Origin: Octopus sinensis
Lineage: Eukaryota
Length of the DNA stretch: 64,000 bases
Reading direction: 5' to 3'
Assembly: GCF_006345805.1 (NCBI RefSeq)
Contig: NC_043010.1
Span: 58,900,001 to 58,964,000 of the forward strand
Position 1 is the stretch's first letter; each line of letters begins with the position of its first letter. Below the pieces are notes generated by a model. That model did not search any database. It was not told the DNA's origin and worked only from the letters and a program-made list of their open reading frames with translations. Of the stretch, positions 1 through 12,880 are shown one piece after another. Both the position numbers and the translations under genes were made by a program.

Positions 1-150
1 TGTATTTTTGTTATTTTTACTTGCCCTGTCCGTGTGAGCTAACAGTCGTACTGGCTTTCATGGGAACATGTATTTTCGTGGTTGAAACCTTTGGATTAAC
101 TGGTGCTAGAGTGAGCAATATAGGGACCACTCTCTCTTATATTATTTTAT

Positions 151-200
<50 letters not shown>

Positions 201-399
201 CACATACACAGTGACTAATCTGAGAGAGTGCTTGTATACACACACACACACATATATACACACACACACATATATATACAACTCTATGAACTAATATCAA
301 AAATCTCTGCATACTGACACAATTCTACAATATGAACAAGATTATTGAGGATTAGAGAAGATTTGCACTGGATACACCCATCCATCAATGCAGACATAC

Positions 400-1125
400 A
401 TATATGGTGATTGCTCCATCATCATCAATGATTGCCATCTCTATCTGAGCTGCCTCCTTGTCAATGGCCTTCCATCTATGACCTCTCACTTGACTGTTCA
501 AGTTCTGCTGCAGATCTCTAGCATTTGCAACACTGGTGGCAGACAAAAGTTATCCCTTCCACTGGATCTGTTGGATCACTCTGTGGAAGATATAATCCCT
601 GTGAACCACCTTGTGCCTCTTTGGATCTGAAATCAACTTGCAAGCCCTTTCACACCCTACACAATTCAAATCCCTTGGCTTGGGAGAAAGAACTTTGCAT
701 ACAGTTGACCTGTCATGGGATTTCAGACAGGTGACACACACCCAGCCTTATAACTGAGTACACAACCAAGCGTTTCACACCTTCAACATTTTACGTTCTC
801 ATTGAAGTTCTGATGACAGCACCTTTAGGCTTTTGTGTTCAAGGCAACCCTCTTGAAAAAGTCTTACAACCTTCCATTATATTCTTCCTGCTCTCAGCTC
901 TTTCTGAAGCAAGTTCTTCCCAGTGTCTTACATTGATTTGCAGGTCCTTCAGGTTACCTTTTATGCAGTCTTTGTACCTTTTTTTTGTAGTTTGTGCTGA
1001 GGATTCTTCCAAAGCACAACTCACTGTAAACAACTGCTTCTGAATCTCATTATCTTCTGTAAGCACATGACCTGCCTAATGCATCTGAGAAGATATGATG
1101 AGTGACTGGATGCTTCTGCACCCTG
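400..1125 (-). mobile_element. RTE (BovB-like) LINE, 3' fragment, degenerate
   Basis: ORF 1066-839 (KQLF...KKRYKDCIKGNLKDLQINVRHWEELASERAESRKNIMEG) matches the RTE ORF C-terminal pattern. It is followed by a Cys/His-rich remnant (CVGCERAC...H). Confidence 0.75.
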
Positions 1126-1154
1126 CCTTAGCTACTCACACACACACACACACA

Positions 1155-1185
<31 letters not shown>

Positions 1186-2067
1186 TTATCCAAAATGAAT
1201 AATAGTAAACATCCATCATGGCTGATCTTACTAACTGGTTTCATGTAAAAAATACAATGGAGTGTTAGGCAACAAACCAATTATATAACTTTACACTCAT
1301 CAGAGTTAGCCGATATGGAAAGGAATATGGCAACTGTTCTCTATTGTCAGAGTTGGATGAGTAAAAGTGGTCAGAAGCTGCTGTGAAAAAGTGGGTGGAA
1401 TGAAACAGGGGCCAGGGGATTAGTTTAGGAGCTATGTCCCTTGGTTGGGTATGCTGTGAAGCCAGCAAGAGTTATCTTGAAGTGGGCAAGTGTGTATTAT
1501 TAATGTGGTACTCTTATGGGGATGGGGTATGAGGTATGTGTAGCAGTGTCATATGTAGAATTTTTCGGGGGTGTCGGTATATATAGCTGTGTTTGTTAGT
1601 CTTCTTTCTGTAAAGGATAGAGTTGTTATTGGGGGTGGGATGTGTATATGTGGGGGTATGTGTTGGGGGAAACAGTTTATTTTGTATGGCATCCACCTTA
1701 TAGGGGTGTATGCATGTATATACATGGGTGACTTGGTGTGTGTCTTGGTCAAATTCTTTTTGCCAGGCTCAAGGACATTAGTGTATTTGTGAATTCAAGA
1801 GGAGCTATTTTTAGTCGCCCATGAAATTGGTTTGGTTTATAAAATAACAGTTCCTTAGTTGGTCTTCTCTTTCTAGATTCATGGTCCCTTGAATGGAGTG
1901 AATGTGTGCTTGTAAATTTCCTTGGTTCCACTGAAGATCAGAGCAAGTCTATGAATTTTTAGGTTTTTTTTAGACAGAATATTGGAAGTAATTTTGATAG
2001 ATACTTTATTTAATATCAACAAATATAGATTTTGTTGACTCTCTCATTATAATTGAATACATAACAA

Positions 2068-2125
<58 letters not shown>

Positions 2126-2299
2126 TGTTTATATCACCAAACTGAACAATCTTATCATTAAAAGAACAAAATTGTTGATTTTCACACCATAACTGATGAG
2201 AAAAGAACAAGACCATTTCTTGAGTGGGAACCTTTCATGTATTCCTGTGTCATTCTTCTGTGCAATTTTGTAATGATATTATTCCTTGCTCCTTATTTT

Positions 2300-2630
2300 T
2301 ACTTCCCCCGCAGTGGCACCCCATAGAGCAGCTAATATTCGGTGCAACATCTCTCTCTTTCTCCCTCTCTTTCCTTCCCTCTCTCACACTCTCCCCTTTC
2401 TTACTTTCTGTCTATCTTCCCTCCCTCTCATGTCTACCCCTTCCACTTTACTACTCCCCCTTTCTCCTCTGCACCTGGCCTTCATTCCCTTTCTCTCTAC
2501 TTACACTTCTATCTCTCTCTACCTTTCCTTCTTTCTACTTGACCCTTTTCTTCCTTTCCTTTGCTTCCATCTCTTCCTCTGCCTTTTTCTCCCCCCCCCT
2601 CTTGCTACCTGTTTTCTCTCCCCCCCATAG
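2300..2630 (+). repeat. Long CT-rich polypyrimidine low-complexity tract
   Basis: About 330 bp consisting almost entirely of C and T on the plus strand. Confidence 0.85.
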
Positions 2631-2709
2631 TCTGAGCCTGAACAAGCCAGGTTTCTGTCACTTGGGGCCAAATCAAAACTGCTTTAAACAATATATGAAA
2701 CTGCTACTA

Positions 2710-3045
2710 AATGTGTGGAGTGCCTTTTTCTTCCATTTGTACCCTCACTCGTATATACTGCGAGTGCCACAAAAGACGCACTTGTGCCAGTGCCACACAA
2801 AATACACTCGTGTTGGTGCCACATGGGGAGCACTGTTGCTGGCACCATGTAAAAGCACTCATGCCAGTGCCACATTGTAAGCACCAAGCACACACTCTCA
2901 GAGGGGTTGGCATTAGGAAGGACATTAAGCTGCAGAAACCAAGCCAAATCGGACTGGAACCTGTTGCAGCTGTCTATTTACCAGCTCTGGTCAAACTGTC
3001 CAACCCATGCCAACATGGAAAACAGATATTAAACGATGATGATAT
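2710..3045 (+). mobile_element. 3' UTR/tail of the abundant RTE family, ending in (GAT)n
   Basis: Ends CCAACCCATGCCAACATGGAAAACAGATATTAAACGATGATGAT, the same terminus as the copies at 37030, 47947, 49592 and 53985. Confidence 0.8.
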
Positions 3046-3250
3046 ATTTTGCTAAGGCATGGCAGCCCTAATAAGCTGCTGTTAGGAAACAGTATACACA
3101 TGCTTCGGAAAAATCCTTCAACAAAGCTCTAAGATGATACACAAGCACTAAACTATGAGTGCATTGCATCTTGTAGCAAAAACAGCTGTAAGCCAATGAA
3201 CTTCATTATATAATTTCCTTTTCCTTTGTCATTTAGTTGATTTTTGTATT

Positions 3251-3285
<35 letters not shown>

Positions 3286-3299
3286 ATACACAGAAATTC

Positions 3300-3490
3300 T
3301 TTTATTCTCTCGTGCTTCAGTGGATTTTCTTCAGTTACCATCTCCCCTTTGTCTGTCAATCAGTCACAAGACGACTCCTTTACAGCTGAGTGGACTGGGG
3401 CAATGCGAAATGAAGTGCTTTGCACAATAACACAATGCACAGCTGGTCTGGGAATCGAAACCACAATCTTATGATCACTAGCCCATGTGC
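3300..3490 (-). mobile_element. Degenerate tRNA-derived SINE fragment
   Basis: Minus strand has a GGTTTCGATTCC B-box-like motif followed by a GTGTTATTGTGCAAAGCACTTCATTTC core-like segment. Confidence 0.55.
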
Positions 3491-3559
3491 GTTCACACAT
3501 TATTTGGTGGCAGTTGCCTCTCTTGAGTTCCTCCCCCACCTCACTAAAGCAGGTTTGGT

Positions 3560-4010
3560 GAGGTTACCAGTTTAATCACCAATGACCCAAACATGTGACA
3601 CATTATTCAGGGTTATAAAGATAGGGTGACCCAAGAATATTACACCAGACTTAGGAAAATATGGCAGTCGGAACTCTCCTCCTACAACAAAGCAATATCC
3701 CACAATGCATTTGCAGTACCAGTGCTGATCCCAACATTTGGGATACTTGATTGGTCTGTAGAAGAAATCCACTCCATAGATATTGAAACCCACAAAATGC
3801 TGACAACTGGGAACTTCCACAGAAACAGTGATGTTGACAGGTTCTACCTTAGAAGAAATGAAGGTGGTAGAGGCTTGAGATCAGTGCAGACAGCCTTCGA
3901 ATCCCTATGGTGTCACTCAGGCAGCACCTGATAAACAACAGCAGCAAAAATGAATATATAAATGCAGTGCTGGAAAGTGAAATGAGCGACATTGTACGAG
4001 TCGGAAGTGA
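3560..4010 (+). mobile_element. R4/Dong-type non-LTR retrotransposon fragment (post-RT region)
   Basis: Translation YYTRLRKIWQSELSSYNKAISHNAFAVPVL...DWSVEEIHSIDIETHKMLT...SDVDRFYLRRNEGGRGL matches the R4/Dong SDxDRLYLxRxEGGRGL signature. Confidence 0.8.
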
Positions 4011-4039
<29 letters not shown>

Positions 4040-4062
<23 letters not shown>

Positions 4063-4989
4063 TACACACACACACACACACAACAGGCTTCTTTCAATTT
4101 CCATCGACCAAATCTTCTCACAAGGCTTTGGTCAGCCAGAGACTATAGTGGAAGACACTTGCCCAAGGTGCCACACAATGGGACTGAACCCAGAACCATG
4201 TGGTTGGGAAGCAAGCTTCTTACCACACTCTTTTACACAGATGTAGAAATGATGGGCACTACTTGCAGCAGGTGTTCAAACAGTTTACCATCCACACTTG
4301 ACACAAGCCTTCATTCCATCATGGAACTTTCCATCAAGTGTTTTAGCTTCTTTCAGCTACGACCAGCCATTGTATGCAGCACACAGTAGAGAGATATTGA
4401 AAACCATGAAGCGATGGCTGTGCCTGGAGCCCTTTAAAATAAGGAAATGCCTGCCATAGAGCCAATCCTACTCAATAAACAAGACAGCCATTTGGCCAAA
4501 GGGAAGAACTAGTCCACATCATTAGATGCAAGTGTTACGTCAGAGTTTTCTTTTTTTCCTACAGACATGTCTACGCAAAGACAAAGGGATTTGTATACGT
4601 ATAGGCATTCTATATTATGTCAGCTCCCTCTTTCTGCTGCTATACAGACATATACTTATAATGTATATCATATCTATACGTATGAGTATGTGTGTGCCTA
4701 ACATGTATGTGTATGACGTGAAGACTTGTTTTACTTGGTGTCATTTGGTCTGGTAAGAGAAATAGATGTTGCCAGCGAGAAGCACCAAATGTCTCACTAA
4801 TTAGACGAACTGTGTATAACGTTGGATACAGTATGTGAGTATGGGTAGAGTATGAAGTGAGTGTGTGTGTGTGTGTTTTTATATACAGATGGTTAGACAC
4901 ACACATATGTTTGTATGTGTGTGTTTGTGTGTATATATATATTATACACATAGACACACACACACATATATATATAACATATACATATA

Positions 4990-5027
<38 letters not shown>

Positions 5028-5410
5028 ACATATATATATATATGTATTTATATATATAATATATACACACACACATATATTTATATAATATATATATATA
5101 CATATACATACACGTCTATATGTATATATATGTGTATATACACACACATATATATATATATACATATACATACACGTCTATATTTATGTATATTATATGT
5201 GTGTGTATACATATATATGTATATATATATGTGTATTATATATATAATTACACGCACTCACACACACAATGCTATGAAGAATCATATATCAAAGATTATT
5301 AAACTGCACACAGAGGAATAATAAAAAATGAAATAGATGCACAGACACAGAACTACACACAAACATATACAGATGAGGAAGCATACAGCCATGCACACAC
5401 ACACACCACG
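4040..5410 (+). repeat. Direct tandem duplication, copy 1 (about 1.4 kb)
   Basis: Near-identical to 5455-6830 at an offset of 1417-1418 bp. It includes a minus-strand SINE piece at about 4080-4235. Confidence 0.95.
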
Positions 5411-5436
5411 CACCACACACACGCACACACACACAC

Positions 5437-5454
<18 letters not shown>

Positions 5455-5476
<22 letters not shown>

Positions 5477-6403
5477 CATTACACACACACACACACACAA
5501 CAGGCTTCTTTCAATTTCCATCGACCAAATCTTCTCACAAGGCTTTGGTCAGCCAGAGACTATAGTGGAAGACACTTGCCCAAGGTGCCACACAATGGGA
5601 CTGAACCCAGAACCATGTGGTTGGGAAGCAAGCTTCTTACCACACTCTTTTACACAGATGTAGAAATGATGGGCACTACTTGCAGCAGGTGTTCAAACAG
5701 TTTACCATCCACACTTGACACAAGCCTTCATTCCATCATGGAACTTTCCATCAAGTGTTTTAGCTTCTTCAGCTACGACCAGCCATTGTATGCAGCACAC
5801 AGTAGAGAGATATTGAAAACCATGAAGCGATGCTGTGCTGGAGCCCTTTAAAATAAGGAAATGCCTGCCATAGAGCCAATCCTACTCAATAAACAAGACA
5901 GCCATTTGGCCAAAGGGAAGAACTAGTCCACATCATTAGATGCAAGTGTTACGTCAGAGTTTTCTTTTTTTCCTACAGACATGTCTACGCAAAGACAAAG
6001 GGATTGTATACGTATAGGCATTCTATATTATGTCAGCTCCCTCTTTCTGCTGCTATACAGACATATACTTATAATGTATATCATATCTATACGTATGAGT
6101 ATGTGTGTGCCTAACATGTATGTGTATGACGTGAAGACTTTGTTTTACTTGGTGTCATTTGGTCTGGTAAGAGAAATAGATGTTGCCAGCGAGAAGCACC
6201 AAATGTCTCACTAATTAGACGAACTGTGTATAACGTTGGATACAGTATGTGAGTATGGGTAGAGTTATGAAGTGAGTGTGTGTGTGTGTGTGTTTATATA
6301 CAGATGGTTAGACACACACATATGTTTGTATGTGTGTGTTTGTGTGTATATATATATTATACACATAGACACACACACACATATATATAAACATATACAT
6401 ATA

Positions 6404-6443
<40 letters not shown>

Positions 6444-6830
6444 ACATATATATATATATGTATTTATATATATATATATATACACACACACATATATTTA
6501 TATATATATATATATATACATATACATACACGTCTATATGTATATATATGTGTATATACACACACATATATATATATATACATATACATACACGTCTATA
6601 TTTATGTATATATATGTGTGTGTATACATATATATGTATATATATATGTGTATATATATATATAATTACACGCACTCACACACACAATGCTATGAAGAAT
6701 CATATATCAAAGATTATTAAACTGCACACAGAGGAATAATAAAAAATGAAATAGATGCACAGACACAGAACTACACACAAACATATACAGATGAGGAAGC
6801 ATACAGCCATGCACACACACACACGCACAC
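5455..6830 (+). repeat. Direct tandem duplication, copy 2
   Basis: Same anchors as copy 1 (CAGGCTTCTTTCAATTTCC at 4084/5501; CAGCCATGCACAC at about 5391/6809). Differences are mostly short indels and microsatellite lengths. Confidence 0.95.
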
Positions 6831-7039
6831 ACACACGCACACACACACACACGCACACACACACACGCTCACACATGCACGTCCCCACACACACACGCAC
6901 ACGCATAAGGCCAATATAACTAAAATGAACAGAAGCTGACAACCAAGACTGTTCTCTGAGAAAAAAGTACAGCCATTCGTACTCTCAACATTTTAAACAG
7001 AACGGAATCAAGGTTTTTATTAATATTACACATTATGTA

Positions 7040-7213
7040 GGTAGATAGGTAGATAGATAGATAGACAGATAGACAGAGAAATAGATAGATAATAGATAGA
7101 TAGATAGATGGATAATTAGATAGATAGATAGGTAGATAGGTAGAGAGAGAGAGAGAGATAGATAGATAGATAGACAGATAGATAGATAGATAGACAGAGA
7201 AATAGATAGATAA

Positions 7214-7250
<37 letters not shown>

Positions 7251-7530
7251 CAGAGAAATAGATAGATAAATAGATAGATAGGTAGATGGATAGAGAGAGA
7301 GATAGATAGATAGATAGAAAGAGAGAGAGAGAGAGAGAGAGATAGGTAGATAGAGAGATAGATAGATAGATAGATAATTAGATAGATAGATAGATAATTA
7401 GGTAGATAGATAGATAGATAGACAGATAGATAGATAATTAGATAGATAGATAGATAGATAATTAGGTAGATAGATAATTAGGTAGATAGATAATTAGGTA
7501 GATAGATAATTAGGTAGATAGATAATTAGG

Positions 7531-7569
<39 letters not shown>

Positions 7570-7630
7570 CTATAGATAGATTGATTGAGAGAGAAAGATA
7601 GATAGATAGAGAGAGAGAGAGAAAGATAGA
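7040..7630 (+). repeat. (GATA)n/(GA)n compound microsatellite with higher-order GATAATTAGGTAGATA units
   Basis: Directly visible in the sequence. Confidence 0.95.
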
Positions 7631-7734
7631 TAACTTTCTTTATTGGCCAAACACAGCTGAACATAGAGGGGACAAATACAATGTAGAGTTTTTCTGTTCG
7701 ACGGCTGGGGCGAGGTACAAACAAAAATGAAAAG

Positions 7735-8605
7735 ATTGGATGGTTTGACTGAGCCAGAGGCTGCACCAGGGCTCAATCTGGTCTGGCAAAAGGTTTTTCT
7801 ACAGCTGGATGCCTTTCTTAACACCAACCATTCCAAGAGTGTAGTGGGTGCTTTTTACGTGCCACCGGCACAAGGGCCAGTCGGGTGGTTCTGGCAATGA
7901 CTACGCTCAACAGGTGTTTTTATGTGCTACCTGCACTGGAGCTAGTCTGGCAGCACTGGCAACAAACACACTCGAATGTCACTAGTCATTGCCTCGGTAA
8001 GGCCCAATGTTAGAAGGTCATGCTTTACCACCTGATCCCAGAGTTTCCTGGGTCTACCTCTTCCACAAGTTCCCTCAACTGCTAGGGTGTGACATTTTTT
8101 CACACAGCTGTCCTCATCCATTCGCAACACTTGACCATACCAGTGCAGTCATCTCTCTTGCACACCACATCTGATGCTTCTTAAATCCAACTTTTCTCTC
8201 AGGGCGCTTATACTCTGTTGTGTATGCACATTGACATTACACATCCATCGGAGCATACCGGCTTCATTCCTTGCGAGCTTACACATAGCCTCAGCAGTCA
8301 CGGCCCATGTTTCACACACATGCATCATGCAGTCTGAGTGAGAGGCCCATTGTCACCAGCAGAGGTAGGAGCTCTCTGGACTTTGCCCAGGCTATTCTTA
8401 TTCTAGCAGCTACACTTTCAGAGCATCCACCCCTGCTACTGACTTGGTCACCTAGGTAATGGAAGTTATCAACTACTCCTAGTTTTTCTTCCTGGAATGT
8501 GGTGGAAGTTGTTCTCTGCACATTTCCAGTGTTTATAGCTCCTGAGCATTTGCCACATGCAAAAACTATATTCCCAGTTAGCCACCCTTTGATATTGCTT
8601 AAATA
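7735..8605 (-). mobile_element. RTE LINE, 5'-truncated copy (RT C-terminal part plus shortened 3' UTR)
   Basis: Translations FHYLGDQVSSRGGCSESVAARIRIAWAKSRELLPLL and RMDEDSCVKKCHTLAVEGTCGRGRPRKLW; homologous to 47947-49510. Confidence 0.9.
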
Positions 8606-8639
8606 TATATTTGCATGTAGATACACACACACAGACACA

Positions 8640-8805
8640 TATATATTCTTTCATTTGTGTCAGTCATTTGACTGTGGCCATGCTGGAGCACCACCTTTAG
8701 TCAAACAAATCGACCCCTGGACTTATTATTTGTAAGCTTAGTTCTTCTATCAGGGGCCAAGCAGTGGAATTGAACCCAGAGCCATGTGGTTGGGAAGCAG
8801 ACTAC
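8640..8805 (-). mobile_element. Internally deleted CORE-type SINE copy
   Basis: Reverse complement of the head (CCCAACCACATGG...GGGTTCAATTCCACTGC) and tail (GGTGGTGCTCCAGCATGGCCACAGTCAAATGACTGA) of the 9614 family. Confidence 0.75.
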
Positions 8806-9137
8806 CCGTGACCCACAATAGTGTTTTGTTTCATGGGTTTTTTTCTTTTCCCCATTATTTCACTTTCAACAAATGTGACATCGAAAGTTGAGAGCTTCTT
8901 CCCTTTCAGAATGAAGTTAAATGCAGAACATTTCCCCACATGCACCGTTTCGGGTATTTACACAACTAAACAACGAATATCTCAATAACTACTGCTCCGA
9001 TTTACACGAAACTTGTTTCATTCCATTTGTATTAACATTTCAGGGTAGAGTTAATTCATAGTATTTTCCCATTATGTTCCAGTTTGGCTGGGTAACATTG
9101 CAAGCAAGGTTCAAACTGACTTTTAATGTATTATATA

Positions 9138-9204
<67 letters not shown>

Positions 9205-9205
9205 T

Positions 9206-9236
<31 letters not shown>

Positions 9237-9244
9237 TATATATA

Positions 9245-9440
9245 GTTAATCCAAACAAGAAAGCACGAAAAAACACAACGCGAGGACGTGGAACAAATAT
9301 AGTATTATTGGATGCTCAGGAAAGAAGGAGGGTTTACGTTTCGAGCGGAGCTCTTCATTGGAAACATAGGAGAAGGAAAGATCCAGAGAAGGAAGACAGA
9401 GGAAAAAAAATCACCAATGGTGCACACGAGGTCACATTTA
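9245..9440. mobile_element. Penelope-like terminal-repeat relic with a decayed hammerhead motif on the minus strand
   Basis: Minus 9366-9331 reads GTTT CCAATGA A GAGC-TCC-GCTC GAAAC GTA AACC. This is the minimal type I hammerhead layout with two core substitutions. The element is embedded in (TA)n. Confidence 0.5.
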
Positions 9441-9452
9441 TGTATATATATA

Positions 9453-9521
<69 letters not shown>

Positions 9522-9613
9522 TTATATATATATATATATATACATACATATATATATATATATATACATGTATATATATATATACACACATATATATATA
9601 TACATTATATATA

Positions 9614-10020
9614 GGCGCAGGAGTGGCTGTGTGGTAAGTAGCTTGTCTACCACCCACATGGTTCCGGGTTCAGTCCCACTGCGTGGCACCTTGGGTGAGT
9701 GTTTTCTGCTATAGCCTCGGGCCGACCAAAGCCTTGTGAGTGGATTTGGTAGACGGAAACTGAAAGAAGACTGTCGTATATATGTATATATATGTATATG
9801 TATATGTGTGTGTCTGTGTTTGTCCCTCTAGCATTGCTTGACAACCGATGCTGGTGTGTTTATGTCCCCGTTACTTAGCGGTTCGGCAAAAGAGACCGAT
9901 AGAATAAGTACTGGGCTTACAAAGAGAATAAGTCCCGGGGTCGAGTTGCTCGATTAAAGGTGGTGCTCCAGCATGGCCGCAGTCAAATGACTGAACAAGT
10001 AAAAGAGTAAAAGAGTAAGA
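9614..10020 (+). mobile_element. Full-length tRNA-derived CORE-type SINE with internal microsatellite
   Basis: A-box-like GTGGCTGTGTGGTAAG, B-box-like GGGTTCAGTCCC, a conserved body GGCCGACCAAAGCCTTGTGAGTGGATTTGG, an internal (TA/TG)n tract and a tail ending GTAAAAGAGTAAAAGAG. Confidence 0.85.
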
Positions 10021-10021
10021 G

Positions 10022-10075
<54 letters not shown>

Positions 10076-10154
10076 CAGAGAGTGAGAGAGGGCAGGACAT
10101 ATGACGATACCCATATTAATATAAGAATTAATATTTAGGATATTTGTAAATATA

Positions 10155-10670
10155 AGTGCAGGCATGGCTGTGTAGTGAGAAGTTTGCTTCCCAACCACAT
10201 GGCTCTGGGTTCAATTCCACTGCTTGGCCTCTTAGGCAAGTATCTTTTACTATAGCCCCAGGCCAACCAAAGCCTTGTGATGGATTTGTTAGACAGAAAC
10301 TGGAAAAAAGCTTGTTGTATATGTGTGTGTGTGTGTGTGAGTATGTATTTATGTGTGTGTATGAGTATGTATTTATGTGTGTGTGTATGAGTATGTATTT
10401 ATGTGTGTGTGTATGAGTATGTATTTATGTGTGTGTATGAGTATGTATTTATGTGTGTGTGTCTTTGTGCTTGTGTTTGTCTCCTCCAACACCACCATTT
10501 GACAACTGGCATTGATGTGTTTAAATCCCCATGACATAGTGGTTTGGCAAAATGGACTGATAGAATAAGTACCAAGCTTTAAAAAAAGTGCTGGGGTTGA
10601 TTCATTTGACTAAAGTTCTCCAAGGTGGTGCTCCTGCATGGCCACAGTCTAATGACTGAAACAAGTGCAA
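10155..10670 (+). mobile_element. Second copy of the CORE-type SINE, with expanded internal minisatellite
   Basis: Same head, body and tail as 9614-10020. The internal tract has 22-24-bp repeats GTATGAGTATGTATTTATGTGTGT. Confidence 0.85.
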
Positions 10671-10804
10671 GACTTGTCTGAAGAATCCTGAGAATTTTAG
10701 ATATGTTTGTGTATGTATATGAATGCATGTATGAGTACATATATATATATATGAGCATATGTATGTGTATGTACGTATATATACATATATAAATATAATT
10801 ATAT

Positions 10805-10836
<32 letters not shown>

Positions 10837-10837
10837 A

Positions 10838-11753
10838 TTGGGTCATCCCATAACTAATACGATTTTTTTATACTTCTTTTATTTTTCAAAATTAAGATAA
10901 ACAAAATTCATTTTTAATCTAAAATATACTCTCCTTCATTTTCTGCAATGCTCTTCCATCTGTCTGCTAGACTTGCAAGACCCCTCTTCCAAGATTCACT
11001 TGTCCAATGCGGAAAATACTCCTCCAGTACTGTTCTGACCTCATCTACAGAATTCATATTCTTTCTGTCTAAAATGATTTTGAAAACAGTGGAATAAATG
11101 ATAATCAGATGTCTGGCAAATATGGTGGGTGGGGCATCGTTTCCCATTCAAACTGTTCCAGCCTTTGGAATGTCATCTTCACTGCATGTGGCCGAGTATT
11201 ATCCTGATGGAAGAACAATTTTTGTCTTGAAACCAAAGATGATCATTTTTCTTCTAGTGCAGGCATCAATGAATGGTTGAATGACGAAATCCAAGCTTCT
11301 CTGCTAATTCCTCAACAGTTACGATGGGATTTTGTTCCACCAGAGTTTGCAGGACATTCTCATTGAGCTCTACAGATCTTCCGGGATCAGGCTTGTCTTC
11401 TAGGCTGTAGTTTCTGCCTTGGAATTTCTGGAACCACCGTTGACACTGGCTTATGCTTATTGTCCAATCCCCATATACTGCATTAATGTTCCTCACACTT
11501 TCCATTCTGTTGTTGCCTTTATTGAACTCATAAAGCAAAATATGCCGAATATTCTCATTTGTCACTTCCATTATAGTTTTGAAAAAATAACTGTTAAAAT
11601 CGAACTACACTCTTCAAAACTTGCACTAAGAATAAGGACAAAGTGAAATTACTACCTGCTTTTGTAGAAAGTTGACGCAGGTAGTTTATCTCATTCCCCT
11701 CCGACTTTTTGTTCATGCATTTGAAAAAACGCATTATTTATGAGATGGCCCAA
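10838..11753 (-). mobile_element. Internally deleted mariner (Tc1/mariner) transposon
   Basis: TIRs TTGGGTCATCCCATAACTAATACGATTTTTT / AAAAAACGCATTATTTATGAGATGGCCCAA, each flanked by TA. The ORFs give a mariner HTH N-terminus (IRHILLYEFNKG...WFQKF...SLEDKPDPGRS) and C-terminus (LADRWKSIAENEGEYI). Confidence 0.92.
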
Positions 11754-11779
11754 TATATATATGTATATATACATATGTG

Positions 11780-11819
<40 letters not shown>

Positions 11820-11926
11820 ATATAGGTAGATATGTGTGTGTGTGTATATATATATATATTTATTTATATAGATGTATAAACTAACATATTTAGACATGAA
11901 TACACATATATGCATTTATACACACA

Positions 11927-11960
<34 letters not shown>

Positions 11961-12193
11961 CATGCACATTATCTCTGCTATGCAAAATTATCAGGCGCAC
12001 TTTCACTCCTTATATACATACAAATATATAGATATTGATATAGGCATATACATATATACATATATATATATATATACACACACATATATACATATAGATA
12101 TATGTATATATATATATATCTATATATGTACATATATATAATATACATACATACAAACATGCGCGCACACACACATACACTTGTGTGCATGTG

Positions 12194-12232
<39 letters not shown>

Positions 12233-12524
12233 ATGTGTGTATATATCTTGAAGAGTTGGTTGCAGGCAAGGATTACGGCTAAGACCTGTACTGGCAAGAC
12301 ACTTCCCCCATTTACCATTGTTGTTCCACTATCACTACAAGACTTTCCAAAGCTAATCTCATCCTTTAATCCATTCCTTCCGGGATGTTTATTGTTTCAC
12401 CACTAAACACCACTGTCTTCTACTGGCGCCCATACACTGCACTGCAGGCTATGACACCATACAATCACCAACACAAACTACTGCAGCTTATTATTCTCTT
12501 ACCATTCTATGTTGATAGTATGAC

Positions 12525-12691
12525 AATGGTGGTGGTGGTGGTGGTGGTGGTGACGGTGTTGTTGTTGGTGGTGGTGATGGTGGTGGTGACGGTGTTGGTG
12601 GTGGTGGTAGTGGTGGTGGTGGTGGTGACGGTGTTGTTGTTGTTGGTGGTGGTGGTGGTGGTGGTTGTCGTCGTGGTGGTGGTTGTGGTCG

Positions 12692-12722
<31 letters not shown>

Positions 12723-12880
12723 GGTGATCGTGGTGGTGGTGGTGGTGATCGTGGTGGTGGTGGTGGTGATCGTGGTGGTGGTGGTGATAGACGCATTGGT
12801 GATATGTGGTAGTGTGCTGTAATGGTATGTGGCGGTGGTGATGATTGGTGGTGGTGGTGATGCAGTTGGTAGTGGTGGTG
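12525..12880 (+). repeat. (GGT/GTT)n trinucleotide array with 18-bp higher-order units
   Basis: Directly visible; GGTGGTGGTGGTGATCGT recurs near 12715-12790. Confidence 0.95.

Noticed and set aside
1630-1670. Potential G-quadruplex (four G-runs)
   Set aside because: Low-complexity GT-rich context with no linked feature; such motifs are common here.
2224-2880. 218-aa hydrophobic ORF resembling a membrane protein
   Set aside because: It derives from the CT-rich tract plus an RTE UTR.
11266-11571. SETMAR or another domesticated transposase
   Set aside because: It lies between TIRs with TA duplication, is internally deleted, and has no SET domain. It is a dead mariner.
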